This document shows positions 1-8,408 of a stretch of DNA of 25,714 nucleotides, in pieces; within the stretch, counting starts at the first letter, position 1; each line of letters begins with the position of its first letter. Location: contig JBEPZZ010000022.1 in NCBI GenBank assembly GCA_041640575.1, positions 1-25,714 of the forward strand. Direction: 5' to 3'. The stretch is from Pseudothermotoga sp. Its GTDB lineage: Bacteria > Thermotogota > Thermotogae > Thermotogales > DSM-5069. The position numbers were made by a program, and so were the translations under genes. The notes under the pieces are model-generated. The model had not been told where the DNA came from and made no database searches. It worked only from the letters and a program-made list of their open reading frames with translations.

Positions 1-167
1 ACATCACAGTGACTTATTCCACCTCTTACTTGAGCCCCATACAACTGGGTTTGAATAACATGTTTCCCATCAAGCATTGCAGCATGCGCAAGAACTTTCC
101 CAACCAATATATTTCCTTGGCCACCAATGCCAGCTACTCTGATTGCTATTGGTTCGTCAATTTTCAC
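1..167 (-). CDS. 2-oxoacid:ferredoxin oxidoreductase gamma subunit, N-terminal part (runs off window start)
   Basis: Not in the ORF track. Manual translation from GTG at 167 gives MKIDEPIAIRVAGIGGQGNILVGKVLAHAAMLDGKHVIQTQLYGAQVRGGISHCD, with the G-x-GGQG and YGAQVRGG gamma-subunit signatures. SD GGAGG upstream; directly follows the beta subunit. Confidence 0.92.
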   Translation of the reverse strand, partial: MKIDEPIAIRVAGIGGQGNILVGKVLAHAAMLDGKHVIQTQLYGAQVRGGISHCD

Positions 168-181
168 TTAAATTCCTCCCC

Positions 182-997
182 TCAGCTCCTAGCTTTAGCC
201 ATGGTCTTTTCGTACAACTCACGGAAAGTTGGGCGGATTTCTTCGTGAAATTCTCCTATAACGATCTTATCTTTCAAATCTTCCTCGGACATAGTTTTAG
301 CCTTTTCAATGGTGATTGAGTTTTTCTTGAAGTACTCAAGCATATCTGCAGCGTCACCTATATTGTTATATCTACCATAGTAAGTGTGACAATTAGTTAT
401 GGCTTCAACAACGGCTGTGCCCTTGTGAGCCAAGGCTTTTGAAATGTACTTTACAAGCAATGGATACTGATAAACGGTCGCCCGAGCAACATACGTGGCA
501 CCGGCTGCTATAGCCATTTTCACTGCATCAAATGGTTTTTCAATGTTGCCATAAGGTGTTGTTGAAGCACGCTTTTCAAGCGGAGTAGTTGGAGAGTTTT
601 GCCCACCTGTCATACCATAAATCATGTTGTTAAATATGATTATCGTTAGATCAATATTTCTTCTGCACGCGTGAATGAAATGGTTACCACCGATTGCCAA
701 TATATCACCATCACCACCAAGAACTGTTACGTGAAAATCAGGTCTTGCTAGCTTGACACCAGTTGCAAAAGCGACTGCTCTACCATGAAGCGTGTGAAGA
801 GTATTGAAATCAATATAACCAGTTGCTCTAGAAGAGCAGCCAATACCAGAAACAACAGCCATTCTTTCCTTGTTTAGGTTCAAATCATGCACAGCCTGAA
901 GGAACGCTTTGAGAACGATTCCATTACCGCAACCAGGGCACCATATCGATGGCCACTTTCCTTCCCTCAAGTAAGACGTCAGTTTTTCGACTTTCAA
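182..997 (-). CDS. 2-oxoacid:ferredoxin oxidoreductase beta subunit (TPP-binding, KorB-like)
   Basis: WCPGCG, SGIGCS, TLHGRA, GGDGD...N TPP motif and YGMTGGQ. TTG start with SD GGAGGTGA, overlapping the upstream stop codon. Confidence 0.95.
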   Translation of the reverse strand: MKVEKLTSYLREGKWPSIWCPGCGNGIVLKAFLQAVHDLNLNKERMAVVSGIGCSSRATGYIDFNTLHTLHGRAVAFATGVKLARPDFHVTVLGGDGDILAIGGNHFIHACRRNIDLTIIIFNNMIYGMTGGQNSPTTPLEKRASTTPYGNIEKPFDAVKMAIAAGATYVARATVYQYPLLVKYISKALAHKGTAVVEAITNCHTYYGRYNNIGDAADMLEYFKKNSITIEKAKTMSEEDLKDKIVIGEFHEEIRPTFRELYEKTMAKARS

Positions 998-1533
998 GTT
1001 TTCACCTCCAAATTGGTGATGTTTGATAGCTGAACAACTGCGATATTACAAATCCTAAAGAAATAGTCAGTTAATGGATCTGGATAATCAAAGAGGTAAA
1101 CAACTCTCTTGATACCAGCATTGACAATTAGTCGCGCACAGATTGAGCATGGTTTAAAGTTTGTATAGAGAGTAGCACCATTTGTTGATATCCCAAATTT
1201 CGAAGCCTGCATCAAGGCATTTTGCTCTGCATGCAAAGCAAAGCAAATTTCCTGGTTTTCCCCAGATGGTATATCTAAATTATCGCGAATACAACCTATA
1301 GACTCACAATGTGGAAAACCTGAAGGTGGTTGATTGTAACCTGTTGCCAAAATACGATTGTCTTTGACAATAATTGCTCCAACTTTTCTATGTGAGCAAC
1401 TTGATCTTGTACTGACAATTTCACATATACTCATAAAATAATGATCCCATGACACACGATTGCTTGCCTTCAAATCGATAGTATTCAGATTTGAGAGATA
1501 GTTCTTCAACTTATCATGTTTGCTATTCTTCAT
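994..1533 (-). CDS. dCMP deaminase (ComEB/cytidine-deoxycytidylate deaminase family)
   Basis: WDHYFM, RSSC, VGAIIV, ATGYN, HAEQNA and PCSIC zinc motifs. Start set at ATG 1533; the ORF track extends to 1554. Confidence 0.92.
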   Translation of the reverse strand: MKNSKHDKLKNYLSNLNTIDLKASNRVSWDHYFMSICEIVSTRSSCSHRKVGAIIVKDNRILATGYNQPPSGFPHCESIGCIRDNLDIPSGENQEICFALHAEQNALMQASKFGISTNGATLYTNFKPCSICARLIVNAGIKRVVYLFDYPDPLTDYFFRICNIAVVQLSNITNLEVKT

Positions 1534-1614
1534 ACCATTAATAATATACACCAAAAAGTGTCATGATTCAAAATCGACATTAACACTAAGTATTCTGTCT
1601 TGGAGGCTGAACAT

Positions 1615-1630
1615 AAAAGTGTACACTTTT
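1615..1630. promoter_or_regulatory. Perfect 16-bp palindrome AAAAGTGTACACTTTT, candidate operator
   Basis: Read directly from the sequence. It lies in the divergent intergenic region, immediately next to a minus-strand TTGACG hexamer (1631-1636). Confidence 0.5.
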
Positions 1631-1712
1631 CGTCAAGTAAATAGGACAAGTATTTCGCGTAGTTCTATTCTCGCTTTTGATACTTTTGTAAAGAAGTTGT
1701 AAAGAAAATTTA

Positions 1713-1742
1713 GTGATTTTATGAAATATTGGTGTCTATAAT
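1713..1742 (+). promoter_or_regulatory. Candidate sigma70-type promoter for the regulator-speD-speE operon
   Basis: Perfect TATAAT at 1737-1742; weak -35 GTGATT at 1713-1718 with an 18-nt spacer. Confidence 0.4.
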
Positions 1743-1824
1743 TGTTAGGAAAGTTGACTAACCTTGATGAGTATAGTGGACAAAATTCGGAAAATATTCT
1801 TACACCAGGAGGATGGATCAAAAA

Positions 1825-2358
1825 ATGGATATAGGAGAGAAACTGAAAAGACTTAGGTTATCGAGAGGATTAACTCAAGAGGAATTAGCGATGCGTACAG
1901 ATCTTTCGAGAAGTTTTATATCTCAGCTAGAAAGTAACAGAACATCGTTGTCAATAGATACACTTGAAAAAATTCTCCGTGCCCTTGGAAGTGATTTAAA
2001 GAGTTTCTTTTCAGAAGAAGAGGAACCAAAGATCGTTTTTAAAAAAGAAGATAGAGTACCTATTTACGATGAACCAGATGGAGTTAATTCGTACCTTTTG
2101 ATAAGTGAAACCGAGACAAAAAAGATTGACCCGTTTCTAATTGTATTAAAACCTGGAGCGCAGACTGAAGAAGAAGGTTATCACGAAGGTGATGAATTTG
2201 GATTTGTATTACAAGGACGAGTAGATCTTTGGCTTGACGATGTCCGATATAAGTTGTTTCAGGGTGATTGTTTTTACTACAGAGCGGATAAAAAACACAT
2301 GATTAAAAACCCTAGCAAAAAGAAAGAAGCAATAGTTCTTTGGTTGGAAATCTATTGA
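1825..2358 (+). CDS. XRE-family HTH regulator with C-terminal cupin domain (PuuR-like), likely polyamine operon regulator
   Basis: IGEKLKRLR...LTQEELA...[12 protein letters not shown] and cupin [12 protein letters not shown]...GDCFYY...H. SD AGGAGG at 1807-1812 abuts ATG 1813, so ATG 1825 is the likelier start. Confidence 0.9.
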   Translation: MDIGEKLKRLRLSRGLTQEELAMRTDLSRSFISQLESNRTSLSIDTLEKILRALGSDLKSFFSEEEEPKIVFKKEDRVPIYDEPDGVNSYLLISETETKKIDPFLIVLKPGAQTEEEGYHEGDEFGFVLQGRVDLWLDDVRYKLFQGDCFYYRADKKHMIKNPSKKKEAIVLWLEIY

Positions 2359-2374
2359 CGGGGAGGGATTTGCC

Positions 2375-2788
2375 ATGAAGAAAAGTTTAGGGAGACACTT
2401 GATAGCCGAATTTTATGATTGTGACAAACAGGCATTGGATGATGTTAAACTTGTAGAACAAAAGATGCGAGAAGCAGCCATAATATCGGGCGCAACAATT
2501 ATTGGCTCATCCTTTCATAGGTTCCTCCCCTATGGAGTGAGCGGGGTAGTTGTTATCTCTGAGTCTCATCTAACAATACATACCTGGCCCGAATATGGCT
2601 ACGCCGCAATTGATCTGTTTACATGCGGAGATGACACTGATCCATGGAAGGCTTTCGACTTTCTCAAAGAAGTTTTCAAGGCAAAAAGAACCCAAGTGCT
2701 TGAACACGCACGCGGTGACTATAAAGCAATTGGAATACCCGATGATTCCCCGCACAAAGTTGTAAAGGGCGGTGTCTGTAGTGTTTGA
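2375..2788 (+). CDS. speD: S-adenosylmethionine decarboxylase proenzyme (class 1B)
   Basis: [30 protein letters not shown] self-cleavage site and DLFTCG; adjacent to spermidine synthase. Confidence 0.96.
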   Translation: MKKSLGRHLIAEFYDCDKQALDDVKLVEQKMREAAIISGATIIGSSFHRFLPYGVSGVVVISESHLTIHTWPEYGYAAIDLFTCGDDTDPWKAFDFLKEVFKAKRTQVLEHARGDYKAIGIPDDSPHKVVKGGVCSV

Positions 2789-3647
2789 AAAGATTGTGCC
2801 TGGCAGGCATTTGTGGTTTTTCGACTACCATACAGGTGGAGACACTGGTTTATTCATGAGGATCTCAAAAGTTGTTTATTCTGAACAAACGGACATTCAA
2901 AGAATCGATGTCTTTGATAACCCGGCACTTGGGAGAGTCTTGGCCTTGGACGGTATAATTATGTCAACCGACGCAGATGCGTTCATGTATAACGAAATGC
3001 TGGCTCACGTCGCAATGTTTTCGCATCCAAATCCAAAGATTGTGCTTATAATTGGCGGTGGCGACGGAGGTGTTCTGCGGGAAGTCTTGAGGCATCCTGA
3101 AGTTGAAAGTGCCATAGTTTGTGAAATTGACAAAAGAGTTGTAGATATATCAAAAGAATATCTTGCAACCAATGAAGTGTTCGAAAACAGCAAGGTTCGG
3201 CTAGTTTTTGAAAACGGTGCGGAGTATGTTAAACAATTCAAGCAGACACTGGATGTTATAATCGTAGATTCAACAGATCCAACAACAAGTAAAGGAGGCC
3301 ATCTGTTTACACAGGAATTCTACAAAGACTGTTTCGAAGCATTGAAAGAAGATGGTATTTTTGTAGCCGAGGCGGAAAACCCATTTTACGATTTTGGGTG
3401 GCTGAAAATGGCTTATAAAAGAGTCAGCTCAGTTTTCCCGCTGACTAGGGTTTATCATGGTCATGTTCCGACATATCCATCTGGTTTTTGGACATACATT
3501 TTTGCTTCTAAAGGTATAGATCCGATCAAAGATCTCAGATCAAAAGAAGCAAAGGAAATGGTACATCAACTGAAATATTACAATGAAGAAGTTCACAAAG
3601 CCAGTTTTGTACTGCCAAATTTTTTGAGAAGAGAACTAGGAATTTAG
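2781..3647 (+). CDS. speE: Spermidine synthase / polyamine aminopropyltransferase
   Basis: [26 protein letters not shown] and TYPSG. GTG 2781 has better SD spacing than GTG 2772. Confidence 0.96.
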   Translation: MFEKIVPGRHLWFFDYHTGGDTGLFMRISKVVYSEQTDIQRIDVFDNPALGRVLALDGIIMSTDADAFMYNEMLAHVAMFSHPNPKIVLIIGGGDGGVLREVLRHPEVESAIVCEIDKRVVDISKEYLATNEVFENSKVRLVFENGAEYVKQFKQTLDVIIVDSTDPTTSKGGHLFTQEFYKDCFEALKEDGIFVAEAENPFYDFGWLKMAYKRVSSVFPLTRVYHGHVPTYPSGFWTYIFASKGIDPIKDLRSKEAKEMVHQLKYYNEEVHKASFVLPNFLRRELGI

Positions 3648-3657
3648 GGGAAGGTAA

Positions 3658-4461
3658 ATGAGAAAAGTCCATCAGTGGAGCTTAAAAGCCGATGATGTTA
3701 AAGCACTTGAAGATTACCTTGAACAGCAGGGATTTTGGAATTATGCCGTCGAAAAGACGGCATATTCTCTAGTAGTTAAGATCTTTACTAACGATGATGC
3801 ATTTATCAAAAAACTAGTCGAACAATTCAGACTAGAAATTATCGAACACAAGGTTTTAGAAGAAAAAGATTGGCACGCTTATCTTGAGATGAAACCATTC
3901 TTTGTGGCACCTGGCGTTATAGTAGATCCAACATGCAAGCTCAGACACAAAAAAGGTGAAACTTTGATAAAAATTTGGCCATCAGCTGCTTTTGGAACAG
4001 GCGATCATCCGACAACCAAGCTGGCTGCGCAATTGATAGTGGAAAATTTGCATTCTATTAAGTCCTTATTGGACGTTGGTTGTGGTACGGGAATTTTGGC
4101 CATTATTGCGAAAAAATTAGGGGTACAAAGAGTTGTAGCTGTTGACAATGATCCAGTTGCACTTGAGGTTGCCAGAGAATTTGCTGCAAGAAACCGTGTT
4201 AAGATAGATTTCCTGCTTTCCGATTTGCTAAGTCACGTTGAAGCCACATTCGATATGGTTGTTGCGAATATTTCTACGTTTTTCTGTATTAAGTTGCTTG
4301 GTCAAATAGGTAAGGTTTCTCGTAAAGGAACCATAGTGATCCTCTCCGGTATTGCAGAAGGAGAAGACGAAGCTGTCGTGGAATTTGCACAATCACAAAA
4401 TTTTGAGATAATTGAAAAAAGAGGACTGGAAGCATGGAAAGCAATCATGGTAAGGATCTAA
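3658..4461 (+). CDS. prmA: Ribosomal protein L11 methyltransferase
   Basis: AFGTGDHPTT, LDVGCGTGILAI, AVDNDP, VVANI and ILSGI motifs. Confidence 0.92.
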   Translation: MRKVHQWSLKADDVKALEDYLEQQGFWNYAVEKTAYSLVVKIFTNDDAFIKKLVEQFRLEIIEHKVLEEKDWHAYLEMKPFFVAPGVIVDPTCKLRHKKGETLIKIWPSAAFGTGDHPTTKLAAQLIVENLHSIKSLLDVGCGTGILAIIAKKLGVQRVVAVDNDPVALEVAREFAARNRVKIDFLLSDLLSHVEATFDMVVANISTFFCIKLLGQIGKVSRKGTIVILSGIAEGEDEAVVEFAQSQNFEIIEKRGLEAWKAIMVRI

Positions 4462-4937
4462 CAACTATTCAAAAGCAACTTGGCAGAGCCCCAAGAGTTT
4501 TTAGAAAGGTTGTAACTCGTTGTCCACACGGTTTTCCGTTGACTATAGAATGCGAACCAGAACTAAACGGGGCTCCGTTCCCAACCTTGTATTGGTTGAC
4601 GTGCCCTTTTTTGAGGAAGAAAATCTCACAGTTAGAAGCAGAAGGCAAGATAAGAGATATTGAAAATCTTTTGGAAACAGATCAAGAATTCAAAAAAAAG
4701 TATTTTATGGCTCACGATAAAATTATAGAACTGCGAGATAAACTAGTGAGAAATCAAGATGTTAGAATAAAATTAAGGAAAATGGGGACAGGAGGAATAA
4801 GAAATTTTTCGACTGTGAAGTGCCTCCATTTGCATGTAGCTGATTATCTGTCTGGTGTCAAAAATCCCATTGGAGAAATTGTTCTTCTGAAAATCGACAA
4901 ATTGTATTGTTCACCTGACAGCGTTCTCTGCAAGTGA
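4434..4937 (+). CDS. DUF501 family protein
   Basis: QLGR, RCPHGFP, GAPFPTLYWLTCP, ISQLE, GTGG and KCLHLHVA match the DUF501 pattern. Confidence 0.85.
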   Translation: MESNHGKDLTTIQKQLGRAPRVFRKVVTRCPHGFPLTIECEPELNGAPFPTLYWLTCPFLRKKISQLEAEGKIRDIENLLETDQEFKKKYFMAHDKIIELRDKLVRNQDVRIKLRKMGTGGIRNFSTVKCLHLHVADYLSGVKNPIGEIVLLKIDKLYCSPDSVLCK

Positions 4938-4963
4938 ACCAGCTTACGGTTTTGCGTGTCAAA
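4936..4963 (+). promoter_or_regulatory. Candidate ECF (sigmaE-type) promoter GAACCA-N16-GTCAAA
   Basis: GAACCA at 4936-4941 and GTCAAA at 4958-4963 with a 16-nt spacer, directly upstream of the ECF sigma gene; resembles the RpoE consensus GAACTT-N16-GTCAAA. Confidence 0.55.
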
Positions 4964-4977
4964 ATAGGAGGTAGAAG

Positions 4978-5529
4978 ATGAACGATGTAGAAATAGTCAG
5001 GGGATTAAAAAAAGGAGAAAACTGGGCATTTGAGTTTTTGTATAGGGATTTTGCTGGTAAGATAGGTAGTATTGCAAAGGCTTATCTAGGATCAGATGAT
5101 GTGGATGATGTCGTGCAGGAAGTAATGATGAGAGTTTTTAAAGGTATCAATAAATTCAAAGGTGATTCGAGACTTTCTACTTGGATATACCGCATCACAG
5201 TAAATGTTTGTAAGGATTTTCTCTCTAAATATAAGAAGAGAAGTGAAATCTTGACGGATTTTTCGGAAGACGAAGAAGCAACGTTACCTCATCCTGTTGC
5301 CGATATGGACACATCAATGACAGCTGCCGGAGAAGTTGAGTACGAAAGAGTTTTACAAGCATTGGAAAAGCTCCCGGCTGAGGACAGGTTACTTATAAAA
5401 CTAAGGGACATCGACGGATTGAGCTATGAAGAGATTAGTCAAATTCTGGCTAAGCCTGTTGGTAGTGTTAAAAGCAGTTTACACTACGCAAGAAAGCGGT
5501 TGAGAAAATTGCTTGAGGGGGCGAAGTAA
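4978..5529 (+). CDS. ECF RNA polymerase sigma factor (RpoE/SigW-like)
   Basis: Region 2: DDVVQEV...FKGDSRLSTWIYRITVNVCKD. Region 4: LSYEEISQILAKPVGSVKSSLHYARKRLR. SD AGGAGG. Confidence 0.95.
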   Translation: MNDVEIVRGLKKGENWAFEFLYRDFAGKIGSIAKAYLGSDDVDDVVQEVMMRVFKGINKFKGDSRLSTWIYRITVNVCKDFLSKYKKRSEILTDFSEDEEATLPHPVADMDTSMTAAGEVEYERVLQALEKLPAEDRLLIKLRDIDGLSYEEISQILAKPVGSVKSSLHYARKRLRKLLEGAK

Positions 5530-5879
5530 TGTACGAAGAGAAATTCAACCAGTTTCTAGATGAAGAAATTGGTTCTCAGGAACTTGATGAAGAAACAAAA
5601 AGAGCGGTTTTAGCTTACACCAAGGCTTTGGAGATTGCAAAAATTCGTTTTGATTATCAACCAAGTGAGATTATGCATCGAAAAGTTCTCAGAAAGGTCA
5701 GATCAAAGAGAAAAGTTATCTTTCAACTCCTAGTAGCAAGCGCAGCAGCTTTTGCATTATTTGCGCTCGTAACGACGAACCCCTCCAAAAAAATTGTACC
5801 GACAACTATAGAAAGAGCAGCTGTCAACGAAGTTTTCGACTATTTGAGCTTGGTTAAACTGGTAAACGACGGATTTTGA
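5529..5879 (+). CDS. Putative single-pass membrane anti-sigma factor
   Basis: TAATG stop/start overlap with the sigma gene. N-terminal FLDEEI resembles the anti-sigma domain, followed by a basic patch and a TM segment (VIFQLLVASAAAFALFALV). Confidence 0.65.
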   Translation: MYEEKFNQFLDEEIGSQELDEETKRAVLAYTKALEIAKIRFDYQPSEIMHRKVLRKVRSKRKVIFQLLVASAAAFALFALVTTNPSKKIVPTTIERAAVNEVFDYLSLVKLVNDGF

Positions 5880-5894
5880 TATGCAGGAGAGAAG

Positions 5895-6713
5895 ATGATG
5901 AAAAAGACCATATTGTTGTTATGTGTTTTTCTAACGATCGTAACTCATGCCCAAACATACCTTGATTTATTCTTGAATGCTAATTATTTTGGCAGAAGGA
6001 CAATAAGTGAGAAGGGTGGTAGTAATAAGACCAGAATAGAGCTGGTCTATAGATGGGGCAACGATAAGATTGTTCAGGTCCTATCACCGGTCTTTCTGAT
6101 CTGGGCTAGACGAGCAGGAGTTTTTGTAATCGGTGAACCAAATGGTATGAGAATTTCGCCGTTAGAGATATCAGATCTGGAAGATATCTTTATTAAAAAA
6201 TTACTTGAGCAAGGAGCTTCGAAAGTTGAGAAAGTCGGATCGTATTATAGAATTGTCGTTGAGACAGAGTCGGAAAGCTATGTAGCCCTGATAAGTGAAA
6301 ATGGTATTCCACGGAGAATAACACGAACATCCAAAGGAATAGTTACCGACATGGTTTACGAAACAGCTGAACCTTTGAAGGAAAGTTTTGAAGCAATAGC
6401 TAATCGTTACAGGATAACTTTCCAAACAGAATCTTTTGCTCTCCCAAAGGAAATCAAAGCCGTACTTGAAAAAGTTATATGGTACACTGTTTCAAGATTA
6501 AAACTTGGGGATGAACAAGTTGTCATGATAATTGCAAGTCACAAATCTGGAGCTGTTATCAAGGCTGTTTACGCCTTTAAAGAGGTCACTATTAATACTG
6601 AACCAAATGAAAGGGTTATAAATTGTAAAGGTGAAGGATACTTTGTATATTTTATCACTCAAGATGAGAATACTTACAAAGAAATTCTCTCCATTTTGTC
6701 AGCTGCAAAATGA
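5895..6713 (+). CDS. Exported hypothetical protein, possibly an RseB/MucB-like accessory factor
   Basis: Signal peptide MMKKTILLLCVFLTIVTHA, beta-rich mature region, SD AGGAG. Function inferred from position only. Confidence 0.55.
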   Translation: MMKKTILLLCVFLTIVTHAQTYLDLFLNANYFGRRTISEKGGSNKTRIELVYRWGNDKIVQVLSPVFLIWARRAGVFVIGEPNGMRISPLEISDLEDIFIKKLLEQGASKVEKVGSYYRIVVETESESYVALISENGIPRRITRTSKGIVTDMVYETAEPLKESFEAIANRYRITFQTESFALPKEIKAVLEKVIWYTVSRLKLGDEQVVMIIASHKSGAVIKAVYAFKEVTINTEPNERVINCKGEGYFVYFITQDENTYKEILSILSAAK

Positions 6714-8389
6714 GATCCGGTCAAATAATTACAAATACGATGAAAGCAGTTATCGTTGACGGTTACGTTGATGAGCCAGCTGCTCTTGGTGTTCCTCCTT
6801 ATATTAGCCATTATGTTCGTTATGCTGCGGGGGTGCTTTTGAACCTTGGTTTCTCTGTCGAGTATTTCACTATTGATCAGATTAGAAAGAGTGACCTATG
6901 GAATGAGTTGCCTGCGTACGATATAGTGCTTATCATAGGTGGAATGGCAGTACCTGGCAGATATATTGGAGGTACTCCGATTCTTTTCCAGGAGATTCAG
7001 AGAATCTTGGAGAGTTGTCAAAGGTCCAGGTGTCTGATTGCTGGTCCGTTTTCGAAATTTTATGCTTTGAAAGGCGGTGTAAAAGCTGCTGTTACGAATC
7101 TATATTCCGTTGAAACCATCGGCCCCAACCTGGTTGGAGATATGTTAAAAATATTGAAGGGTTATCAAGAGAATCAAGATGATTGGGAGCTTGTTAGGCA
7201 AGCTTCCTTAGCTGGGGCAGAAATTGTAAGAAATCATCCTTTATATCCAAGAGTTATCTGCGAGATAGAAATTTCAAGAGGTTGTGAAAGGAAAACACAT
7301 TGCTCCTTCTGTATAGAACCTACCTTCTATCCTGTTTTTACCTCGAGACCGGTTAAAGATGTTGTAGATGAGGTTGCACAACTTTACAAATTTGGTTGCA
7401 GGGCTTTCAGGTTTGGCAGAGCAGCAAATGTCCTAGCCTACTATTCAGACAAAAACCATGGCAAGCCTTGCCCAGAGGTTTTTGAGGATTTATACAGCAC
7501 CATAAAGAGTAGTTGCCCACAAATAGAAGTATTGCATCATGATAATGCAAATCCTTCTTACATCGCCAAGTACAAAGAAGAATGTAGCAGGATTCTTCAA
7601 ACAATCGTGAAATACAATACTCCTGGTGATGTCCTTTCCTTTGGAGTAGAAAGTTTCGATGAGAAAGTAATCAGAATGAACAATATTGGGAACGATCCCC
7701 AAGCTGTTTTTGAGTCTGTAGAAATTGTCAACAGCATCGGAGCGGTCCGGGTTGATGGTGTACCGAAATTATTGCCAGGAATTAATCTTCTCTACGGTTT
7801 GGTTGGAGAAAGTAGAGAAACCTACGAAAAAAATTACTCCTCTTTGAAGAAAATTTTGGACAGTGGTTTGCTCCTGAGGAGAATAAATATTAGACAAGTT
7901 ATGGTTGAGCCGGGAACGCCACTTTGGAGATACTATGAAACTAGAAAGATAAAGATTGATCGCGCGCTTTTCGAGCATTATAAGGAAAAGATCAGAACAG
8001 AGATAGACCTTCCTCTTTTCAAGAGGACTTTTCCAGTTGGTACGGTTCTTAAAAAAGTCTATCCAGAATTCAGGGAAGGAAAAATGACTTTTGCAAGGCA
8101 GCTTGGTACTTATCCAATATTGGTAGGTATCCCCGGAGAGGTCAACGAAGACCAGGTTGACGTGGTGATAGTTGATCACGGTCCAAGATCTGTGACGGCA
8201 GTTAGACATCCGATAAATCTCAATAAGATTTCTTATGAGGAACTTTTGGCAATTCCAGGTATAGGTAACGCGCGGGCTTCGAGAATCATCCTTTCCAGAC
8301 CATTCAAGGATCTTGACGATGTAGCAAGAATTATCGATGATCGAGCAGTTTTGGAGACTTTCTCACTCCTTAAAGCCGTGGTATCATGA
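6710..8389 (+). CDS. Radical SAM protein with C-terminal helix-hairpin-helix (COG1031-type), function unknown
   Basis: DGYVDEPAALGVPPY N-terminus, EISRGCERKTHCSFC (CX5CX2C), FGVESFD, PGINLLYGL and C-terminal LNKISYEELLAIPGIG HhH. Start is either 6710 (ATGA overlap) or 6740. Confidence 0.88.
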   Translation: MRSGQIITNTMKAVIVDGYVDEPAALGVPPYISHYVRYAAGVLLNLGFSVEYFTIDQIRKSDLWNELPAYDIVLIIGGMAVPGRYIGGTPILFQEIQRILESCQRSRCLIAGPFSKFYALKGGVKAAVTNLYSVETIGPNLVGDMLKILKGYQENQDDWELVRQASLAGAEIVRNHPLYPRVICEIEISRGCERKTHCSFCIEPTFYPVFTSRPVKDVVDEVAQLYKFGCRAFRFGRAANVLAYYSDKNHGKPCPEVFEDLYSTIKSSCPQIEVLHHDNANPSYIAKYKEECSRILQTIVKYNTPGDVLSFGVESFDEKVIRMNNIGNDPQAVFESVEIVNSIGAVRVDGVPKLLPGINLLYGLVGESRETYEKNYSSLKKILDSGLLLRRINIRQVMVEPGTPLWRYYETRKIKIDRALFEHYKEKIRTEIDLPLFKRTFPVGTVLKKVYPEFREGKMTFARQLGTYPILVGIPGEVNEDQVDVVIVDHGPRSVTAVRHPINLNKISYEELLAIPGIGNARASRIILSRPFKDLDDVARIIDDRAVLETFSLLKAVVS

Positions 8390-8408
8390 ATTTAGGAGGG
8401 CTTTGAAA

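Noticed and set aside
9..248. 79-aa plus-strand ORF
   Set aside because: Shadow of the oxidoreductase gamma and beta genes on the minus strand.
1583..1598. NrdR-box-like ACACTAAGTATTCTGT upstream of dCMP deaminase
   Set aside because: Mismatches at two core positions and no second matching box at the usual tandem spacing.
1520..1821. Two short ORFs (60 and 62 aa) in the divergent intergenic region
   Set aside because: No convincing SD or motif; they overlap promoter-like elements and neighbouring gene starts.
8337..8408. N-terminal extension of HisS in the ORF track
   Set aside because: It overlaps the radical SAM gene, and a strong SD supports TTG 8409.
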